DNA of 44,988 nt, taken from sequence record SRR20825006_2606. The stretch is one strand, 5' to 3'. The first letter of the stretch is position 1; each line of letters begins with the position of its first letter. The notes below the pieces were generated by a model. The model worked only from the letters and a program-made list of their open reading frames with translations, was not told where the DNA came from and did not search any database. The translations under genes were made by a program, and so were the position numbers. Positions 38,661 through 44,988 of the stretch are shown here, in pieces.

Positions 38661-39883
38661 TTAAGCAAAAGAATAATACGATATCGTTTGAATCTAAAGC
38701 AGTTCATGCTGGTGAGCTTAATAGAGACCAATATGGATCACACATTCCTCCCATTTATCAAACTTCTACTTTTGTGTTTAAAAATGTTGATGAAGGTGCC
38801 AAAGCATTTGCTCATGAGGAAGGAGGAGCTTCTCATATTTACTCGAGGTTAGGTAACCCAACAGTAGAACATCTAGAGAGAGCTATATGTGAGCTAGAAA
38901 CGTTCGGAATGGAAAATACTACATCTTATACAGGGATGGCATTTGGAAGCGGTATGGCGGCAATTAGCACGGGTATCATTAGCTTTGCGAAAGGAAAGCA
39001 TGTAATAGCTCAGGATGCACTTTATGGATGCACAAGCCAGTTTCTGAAAGAAGAAGCTCCTGTTTTGGGAATCTCAACATCTTTTGTAGATACCAGCGAT
39101 ATAAAACAGATTGAGTCTGAGTTGAAAAAACATCCTAATACGGCAGTAATCTATTTAGAGAGCATCGCAAATCCAACAATGATGATAAGCGATATTGAAG
39201 CTATTTCGATGTTGGCAAAAGAGCATGGAGTTTTAGTGATGGTCGATAATACCTTTGCAACGCCATATCATATCCAGCCCTTAATGTTAGGTGCCGACGC
39301 GGTTGTTCATTCAACAACAAAATATATGGGGGGACATGGTACTGTTATTGGTGGAGCTCTAGTTGCCAAGAAAGAGCTTTTAGCTGAAACGGAATTGTTT
39401 CTATATCGCAAAAATTTAGGTGGTATTGCAGGCCCGATGGATGCATGGTTGACTTTGAACGGAGTAAAAACTTTGCCACTTCGTATGGAAAAACATGCTA
39501 CAAACGCAATGAAAATAGCTCAGTTTTTGGAAGCTCATCCGAATGTTGAGAAAATTTGGTATCCGGGATTAGAATCTCATCCTCAATATTCACTTGCTCA
39601 AAGAATTATGAGAAATGGTTATGGTGGGATAATAGCATTTGAACTGAAAGGTGGATTTGAGGCTGGTAAGTCTCTAATGAATAATGTAAAACTGTGTACT
39701 CTTGCTGTAAGCCTAGGTACCGTTGATACACTCATTCAACATCCAGCATCTATGACACACTCTATAGTTGATGAGGAAATCAAAAAACAAGCACATATTA
39801 CAGATGGCTTGGTCCGACTAGCTGTCGGAATAGAAAGCGCTGAAGATATTATTTATGACCTTGAGCAAGCTTTAGAAGTATAA
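38657..39883 (+). CDS. megL: Methionine gamma-lyase (Cys/Met metabolism PLP-dependent family)
   Basis: PIYQTSTF, YSRLGNPT, SGMAAI, LYGCT (MGL-type Tyr-Gly-Cys), VDNTFATP, HSTTKYMGGHG, QHPASMTHS motifs. Confidence 0.75.
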   Translation: MIKQKNNTISFESKAVHAGELNRDQYGSHIPPIYQTSTFVFKNVDEGAKAFAHEEGGASHIYSRLGNPTVEHLERAICELETFGMENTTSYTGMAFGSGMAAISTGIISFAKGKHVIAQDALYGCTSQFLKEEAPVLGISTSFVDTSDIKQIESELKKHPNTAVIYLESIANPTMMISDIEAISMLAKEHGVLVMVDNTFATPYHIQPLMLGADAVVHSTTKYMGGHGTVIGGALVAKKELLAETELFLYRKNLGGIAGPMDAWLTLNGVKTLPLRMEKHATNAMKIAQFLEAHPNVEKIWYPGLESHPQYSLAQRIMRNGYGGIIAFELKGGFEAGKSLMNNVKLCTLAVSLGTVDTLIQHPASMTHSIVDEEIKKQAHITDGLVRLAVGIESAEDIIYDLEQALEV

Positions 39884-39934
39884 ACTAGGAGGGAAGTGTT
39901 TTATAAAACTTCAGTTTAAAAATACTTGTGATGG

Positions 39935-39977
39935 AATTAGTTTGAGGGCTTTAATCTAGGCGACCCTCAAACTAATT
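39935..39977. terminator. Hairpin between convergent genes (probable bidirectional terminator)
   Basis: Perfect 14-bp inverted repeat AATTAGTTTGAGGG / CCCTCAAACTAATT. Confidence 0.65.
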
Positions 39978-39995
39978 TTAACATTCATTCAAAAA

Positions 39996-40772
39996 TTACC
40001 AGCTACCACCGGCGCCACCGCCGCCTGACCCGAAGCCACCGCCGCCGCTAAAGCCACCAAATCCTCCGCCACCGAAGCTGCTTCCTCCTCCACCTCCGAA
40101 GCCACCGCCACGATTGCCACCGCCCATCATGCTTCCCCAAAGGAGAACATCAACAGGTCCGAGAGTACGGCGACCACCTCTGCCACCGCCTTTACCAACT
40201 CGAGAAATAATAACAAAGATTATAACGATAAAGAAAATAATGAGGTCAATAGGAATATCGGGCCCATCACTTTGCAATTCAGGAGCACCTTCAAACTCAC
40301 CAGCGGCAAGCTGAATCATAATATCTGTTGCTCTGTCCAATCCGTTATAAACGGTCCCACTTCGTAGATTTGGAACTAACACATCTTGAACAATTCTATT
40401 AGTCATAGCATCAGGAATAGCACCTTCAAGGCCGTAACCAACTTCAATCTTAAGCTCTCGGTCGTCTTTTGCTATCAGGACAAGAACGCCATTGTAGCGA
40501 TCTCCTTCCCACATCTTCCATTTACTGAATAATTCGTTGGCAACTTCATCACGCGAGTAGCCTTCCAAACTTTCTATGGTTGCTATAGCAATTACGTTGG
40601 TTGTTGTATCACGATAATTTCTAAGCTTTCTTTCTAATTGGTTTACCTCACTCGATGAAAGCATATTGGCGTAATCATTAACCATTCCTTTAGGTTGTTG
40701 AGGAAGGAAATCTTGCGAAAAAGCGGTTGATGTAATAACTAAGGCGATAAATATTGAAAGAAATTTACGCAT
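39996..40772 (-). CDS. TPM domain protein (YgcG-like) with Gly-rich C-terminal tail
   Basis: VNDYANMLS, NGVLVLIA, IEVGYGLEGAIPD, TM helix, GGGGFGSGGGGAGGSW tail; ATG 40772 preferred. Confidence 0.92.
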   Translation of the reverse strand: MRKFLSIFIALVITSTAFSQDFLPQQPKGMVNDYANMLSSSEVNQLERKLRNYRDTTTNVIAIATIESLEGYSRDEVANELFSKWKMWEGDRYNGVLVLIAKDDRELKIEVGYGLEGAIPDAMTNRIVQDVLVPNLRSGTVYNGLDRATDIMIQLAAGEFEGAPELQSDGPDIPIDLIIFFIVIIFVIISRVGKGGGRGGRRTLGPVDVLLWGSMMGGGNRGGGFGGGGGSSFGGGGFGGFSGGGGFGSGGGGAGGSW

Positions 40773-41211
40773 CTGTTTTGCCCCCATAACTAATGTCATC
40801 TGATAGTTCGTTTACATCATCTTTTTGGTAAGGGAAGAATTCCTTTAATTTTTTACCGATGTGTAAAATAGCTTCTTGCAAGCCTGTCTCGTAATCATCT
40901 GCCTGAAAATACTTGGTCATTAGTTCAAGTTCAGCAGTCCAAAAATCTTGACCTACTTTTGAATTAATACCTTCATCGCCCCAAATAGCAATTTTATGGT
41001 CTTTGGTTGCAACATATATGATGGTTCCGTTATGTAGCTCCGTTTCATGCATTTTAAGTTCAGCAAAAACTTCTTTAGCTCGTGTAATGGGATCTTCTGC
41101 CTTACATTTCGCCTCGATATGTACTCTAATTTCTCCAGATGTATTCGTTTCTGCTTCCTTTATGGCCGCTATAACTGTTCTCTCTTGTTCTTTGGATAAG
41201 AATTTTGACAT
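40765..41211 (-). CDS. TPM domain protein (small partner)
   Basis: AIKEAETNTSGEIRVHIE, IWGDEGIN, FFPYQKDDVNELSD motifs. Confidence 0.9.
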   Translation of the reverse strand: MSKFLSKEQERTVIAAIKEAETNTSGEIRVHIEAKCKAEDPITRAKEVFAELKMHETELHNGTIIYVATKDHKIAIWGDEGINSKVGQDFWTAELELMTKYFQADDYETGLQEAILHIGKKLKEFFPYQKDDVNELSDDISYGGKTDA

Positions 41212-41237
41212 GAATACCGTTTTGATATATTTAAAAT

Positions 41238-41287
41238 AAAAAAGGAAATGAGATTTGAGTTAACATAAAAGTCAGCTCAAACCTCAT
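41238..41287 (-). terminator. Hairpin/terminator between lemA and the TPM genes
   Basis: Minus strand ATGAGGTTTGAGCTGAC-N6-GTTAACTCAAATCTCAT followed by TTCCTTTTTT. Confidence 0.55.
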
Positions 41288-41304
41288 ATCACGAATAGGA
41301 TTGC

Positions 41305-41895
41305 TTAATTATTAAAATCCACTGTAGGAGCGTTTTCGGCACCTTTATCAGCTTCAAAATAAGCTTTACGTTCAAAGCCACCTATGGAAGCAAAAATGCT
41401 TGAAGGGAATTTTCGGATTGCAGTATTATAGCCTTGAGCAGCGTCATTAAAACGTTTACGCTCAGTAGCAATTCTGTTTTCGGTTCCTTCCAGTTGAGAC
41501 TGTAAGTCGCGGAAGTTAGCGTTAGCCTTTAGTTCCGGATACTTCTCAACGGTTACCAATAATCTTGATAATGCACCGCTTAATTGATTTTGAGCTTCTT
41601 GAAATTGTGCCAGTTTAGCAGAATCGTTCAAGTCGGATGCACTAATATTGATAGAAGTTGCTTTACTTCGTGCTTCAATTACAGAAGTAAGCGTTTCTTG
41701 TTCAAAATTAGCAGCTCCTTTTACGGTATTTACTAAGTTTGGAATTAAATCAGCTCGGCGTTGATATTGGTTTTCAACTTGTGCCCAAGCTCCCTCAACG
41801 TTTTCTTCTTGGCTTACTAGCCCGTTATTAACACTGATGCCGTAAAACACTAACAGGAGTAAAACTCCTAGCCCAATAAGATATTTTGCTTTCAT
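41305..41895 (-). CDS. lemA: LemA family protein
   Basis: WAQVENQYQRRADLIPNLVNTVKG, YPELKAN, LEGTENRIATER motifs. Confidence 0.95.
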   Translation of the reverse strand: MKAKYLIGLGVLLLLVFYGISVNNGLVSQEENVEGAWAQVENQYQRRADLIPNLVNTVKGAANFEQETLTSVIEARSKATSINISASDLNDSAKLAQFQEAQNQLSGALSRLLVTVEKYPELKANANFRDLQSQLEGTENRIATERKRFNDAAQGYNTAIRKFPSSIFASIGGFERKAYFEADKGAENAPTVDFNN

Positions 41896-41930
41896 ATTTT
41901 TGATTTTTGTTAATTACCTTGTGCCTCGCT

Positions 41931-41956
41931 TACGAGCCAAAAGTAGATTTGGTTCA
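41931..41956 (-). promoter_or_regulatory. Putative ECF promoter of the lemA operon
   Basis: TGAACC-aaatctacttttggct(N16)-CGTA, 35 nt upstream of the lemA ATG. Confidence 0.5.
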
Positions 41957-41991
41957 AATTTCTTTCACAATCTTAATCAAAAATCGTTCCA

Positions 41992-42696
41992 TTGTCAGAC
42001 CTTACCCCAAAATTCATATTTTTTGACCTAGACGACACCTTATTAGATCACAAAAAGGCAGAACAAGCAGGCTTAGCAGATGTTCATGCTCATTTTGATG
42101 CCTTAAATGATGTCGAAATTGGAAATCTGGTAGAAACCTATCATCAAATTAACAAAGGACTTTGGGATGAGTATGGGCGAGGAGAGATTGATAGACACAT
42201 TTTACATCGCCGTAGATTCGAGGAAACCTTTATTGAGCTTGGTATAGATGCTAGCTTGTATAAAGAAGCTGGTAAGGTGTACCTGAACTATTACAGAAAC
42301 CATTGGAAATGGGTGAAAGGTGCCAAAATAGCATATGATAAAATTGCTAGCCATTTTGATGTTGGGGTAATAACAAATGGCTTTGCCGAAACGCAGTGGA
42401 AGAAGATTGATCAATTCGGTTTTAAAGAAACGGCTAAACATATCGTTATTTCTGAAGAAATTGGAGTGATGAAGCCACATCCTAAAATATTCGATTATGC
42501 TACTGAACTTGTTGGTTTAGAGCGATCAGAAATTCTATATGTGGGCGATTCACTTACCTCTGATGTTATTGGCGGGAATAATGCAGGCTGGAAAGTTGCT
42601 TGGTTTACTAAACAGCCTACAGAGCAAGGCACCAAACTCTCAGATTTAGTATTTGATGATTTTAACCAATTATTGGCAGCCTTAGGAATAGAATAG
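41992..42696 (+). CDS. HAD hydrolase, YjjG-family noncanonical pyrimidine nucleotidase
   Basis: FFDLDDTLLD, ITNGF, KPHPKIF, VGDSLTSDVIGG motifs; TTG start. Confidence 0.9.
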   Translation: MSDLTPKFIFFDLDDTLLDHKKAEQAGLADVHAHFDALNDVEIGNLVETYHQINKGLWDEYGRGEIDRHILHRRRFEETFIELGIDASLYKEAGKVYLNYYRNHWKWVKGAKIAYDKIASHFDVGVITNGFAETQWKKIDQFGFKETAKHIVISEEIGVMKPHPKIFDYATELVGLERSEILYVGDSLTSDVIGGNNAGWKVAWFTKQPTEQGTKLSDLVFDDFNQLLAALGIE

Positions 42697-42716
42697 AACT
42701 CTGTTTCCGATAGTTA

Positions 42717-43427
42717 TTAGCTACTAGTTCCTGGGAATATGCAAAAAGCATCTATGCGTTCTCGAAGTACTTCTGTAAGGTGAAGGTCCTGCAGTGCAAT
42801 GCCTCTTATGATGAGAAAAACTCCCAATGAAAAGGCTAAGTAGGGTAAGTATTTCCGGATTGCAGACCTTAGGTCAAGCGAGATAAAACTGGGAGCCAAA
42901 TAAATCGAAAACATTGCAGGAATGGTACCTAGTCCAAACAAAGCCATATAAGCCATACTATGCAAAGGTGTGTTTGTTAATACAGCGGCAGACAGACCTG
43001 TGTAAACAAAAGCACAAGGTAATAATCCATTAAGGACTCCCATTCCAAAAAGCGAAGCTTTAGATTTTCTACGTAGAAGTTTCCCGTATGCAGTAGTTAT
43101 TAACTGCACAAACTTTTGGTAGAATTTAGGTTTAGCTCGGTTTCTAAAAAACCGTGGGAAAAAAACAGCGACAAGAATGGAAACGCCTAAGGCTATGGAG
43201 AGCCAACTTTGAAAACCAGAGAGAGTAATTCCTCGTCCCAAAAAGCCAAATAAAAGGCCGAAAAGGGAATAGGTTAGTACTCGTCCAAAGTTATAAATAA
43301 GTGCATTAGAAGATAAAGAAAGTAATCTGGAGCTCGTTCTGGGAATAGACAGAGCAATTGGCCCACACATACCTACACAATGGAAGCTGCCTAGAAAACC
43401 TAAAACTAATGCCGTCCAAAGTTCCAT
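42717..43427 (-). CDS. Sulfite exporter TauE/SafE-like (DsbD_2) membrane protein of the cco/fix cluster
   Basis: GSFHCVGMCGPI, YNFGR, NGLLPCAFVY, FGLGT motifs. Confidence 0.88.
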   Translation of the reverse strand: MELWTALVLGFLGSFHCVGMCGPIALSIPRTSSRLLSLSSNALIYNFGRVLTYSLFGLLFGFLGRGITLSGFQSWLSIALGVSILVAVFFPRFFRNRAKPKFYQKFVQLITTAYGKLLRRKSKASLFGMGVLNGLLPCAFVYTGLSAAVLTNTPLHSMAYMALFGLGTIPAMFSIYLAPSFISLDLRSAIRKYLPYLAFSLGVFLIIRGIALQDLHLTEVLRERIDAFCIFPGTSS

Positions 43428-43428
43428 A

Positions 43429-43875
43429 TTAGATCATAATGGTTTTTTCTTCTAGATAATCTTGATCGTCCATAACCCAAAATATTTTTAGAATCCATTT
43501 TCCTTTTTCCATGCCTTTAACAGGTATTATTTGTGTGCCTGTTGCATTTACGGATAGAGGAATCATTTTATCTAATGCAGGATTATTTGGACGATATAGA
43601 TTTATATCACCTTGTGCTCTCCCAACTAGCTCAGTAGGGAATACAATGCGAAGCGCTTCAATTTCTTCATCAAAAACCACAAGAATAGGATGCTCAAGAC
43701 CAGCAGATCTAGATCTACTGTCGATGGTTTCTTGGTACTGAACCCCTTCCTCATAATGATCGTTAGAAACAAGAAAGAAGTCTAGGCTAATAAAATAGCT
43801 AACAAGGCTTAGCGTGGCAATCACAAATATTGTTATGGAAAGGGCGATTCCTTTGCCCCAATCAAATTTCATCAT
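43429..43875 (-). CDS. fixH: FixH/CcoH family protein
   Basis: WGKGI N-terminus plus TM helix, LVSNDHYEEG..YQ, LYRP, KGKW; lies downstream of ccoG. Confidence 0.8.
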   Translation of the reverse strand: MMKFDWGKGIALSITIFVIATLSLVSYFISLDFFLVSNDHYEEGVQYQETIDSRSRSAGLEHPILVVFDEEIEALRIVFPTELVGRAQGDINLYRPNNPALDKMIPLSVNATGTQIIPVKGMEKGKWILKIFWVMDDQDYLEEKTIMI

Positions 43876-43889
43876 TATCGTATATTAAA

Positions 43890-44987
43890 TTAGTTGGCAG
43901 GCCCTAAGAAGCCTGTTTTTTTTGTGTCAATTTGTTTGCCATCAGCAAAAATTGCGAACTCAATTTCTGTTTGTAATCCCTCTAAATCGTCTTCGTTAAT
44001 TTTAACTAGAAAACGACCCTCTACTAACTCTTGTGGAGGTATTGTATCGATATTCCCAAGGGGAGTAAGGACACCTTTTGGCGAAATGAGTTTGATCTCG
44101 TAATTCTTGGTATCGAAGGTTTTGTTGATAACTTTGATTTGATAAATATTACTATAAATACCGTTCGGTAGCTCTTGATAGAGTGTTCCGGGTTGGCGAA
44201 ACATTGTTGTTTCAACTTCGGAGCGCTTTAATAGTAACGTTGTAAAAATGCTAAATAGAATAATTAGTACAGCGCTATAACCCGCTATACGAGGGGTAAA
44301 GAACTTCTTTTCTCCGTCACGAATTATGTTCTCCGATGAGTAACGAATTAAACCAACAGGTTTATCTATTTTAATCATTACGTCATCACAAGCGTCTATA
44401 CATGCTGTGCAATGAATACATTCTAGCTGTGTACCATTGCGAATATCAATCCCCATTGGACATACTTTAACGCACTGATTGCAGTCTACACAGTCACCAA
44501 AAGCAGTATCTTCTGAAAAGCCTAAATCGGCTAAGGTTGCTTTACGGGTTTCTACTTTAAAACGGTCGCCAATTGATGCTCGCTCTTCTCCACGTTTGTA
44601 ATCGTACATCACATTAATGGAGTTATTATCAAGCATAACAGATTGCATACGTCCGTATGGACAAACAAAATGGCATACTTGTTCTCTCATAAATGCAAAT
44701 ACACCATAAAACACTCCGCTAAAAATAACCATAGCTGCAAGACCACCAGCGTGTTCTGAAGGTGATGCTGTAATGATTTCGAAGAGTTCGTCTTTCCCTA
44801 TTATATATGCCAAAAAGAGATTAGAAATAAGAAAAGAAATGGCATAAAAGACGATGTGTTTAGAGCCTTTTTTAAGGATTTTCTCTTTGTTCCAAGGAGC
44901 ACGGTCTAATCGCATTTGAGCGGCAGAGTCGCCTTCAATCCAGTATTCGATTTTTCTGAAAACCATTTCCATAAAAATGGTTTGTGG
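43890..44987 (-). CDS. ccoG: Cytochrome c oxidase accessory protein CcoG (5' truncated at the window edge)
   Basis: Frame stays open to the edge (PQTIFMEMVF); REQVCHFVCPYGR, CVDCNQCVKVCPMGIDIRNG, ECIHCTACIDACD 4Fe-4S motifs. Confidence 0.93.
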   Translation of the reverse strand, partial: PQTIFMEMVFRKIEYWIEGDSAAQMRLDRAPWNKEKILKKGSKHIVFYAISFLISNLFLAYIIGKDELFEIITASPSEHAGGLAAMVIFSGVFYGVFAFMREQVCHFVCPYGRMQSVMLDNNSINVMYDYKRGEERASIGDRFKVETRKATLADLGFSEDTAFGDCVDCNQCVKVCPMGIDIRNGTQLECIHCTACIDACDDVMIKIDKPVGLIRYSSENIIRDGEKKFFTPRIAGYSAVLIILFSIFTTLLLKRSEVETTMFRQPGTLYQELPNGIYSNIYQIKVINKTFDTKNYEIKLISPKGVLTPLGNIDTIPPQELVEGRFLVKINEDDLEGLQTEIEFAIFADGKQIDTKKTGFLGPAN

Positions 44988-44988
44988 G

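Noticed and set aside
39996-40190. GC-rich repetitive CCGCC/CCACC tract
   Set aside because: It encodes the Gly-rich tail of the TPM protein; not a separate repeat or foreign DNA.

Overview
AT-rich bacterial chromosomal segment, densely coding, with about 39 CDS. Protein style and gene content suggest the Bacteroidota/Balneolota (Balneola/Gracilimonas-like) lineage; this is inference only. Most genes are housekeeping or stress related: AlkA-like glycosylase, RND permease plus adaptor, oxyR, DEDDh-exonuclease-fused dnaE, trxA, RsbW-like kinase, glutamate dehydrogenase, HNH protein, mnmA, a SigK/RskA-type ECF sigma/anti-sigma pair, YyaL, mgsA, a class III cyclase, ndk, namZ, rlmB, pyrG, a radical SAM protein, pdxH, trmB, TetR-fadE, Lrp-methionine gamma-lyase, lemA-TPM-TPM, and the distal end of a ccoG-fixH cluster. 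No rRNA, tRNA, CRISPR array, integrase or transposase was seen. The most interesting signal is non-coding: two short (about 75-80 nt) intergenic units (about 17643-17719 minus, about 32650-32731 plus). Each has an ECF-type promoter (hexamer-N16-CGT) and its own intrinsic terminator, and they share the motif TGCTAG-N5/6-ATAT(C/T)AGAGATAA. The first promoter is a near copy of the putative autoregulatory promoter of the adjacent ECF sigma gene. These are candidate ECF-controlled sibling sRNAs, inferred from sequence only.
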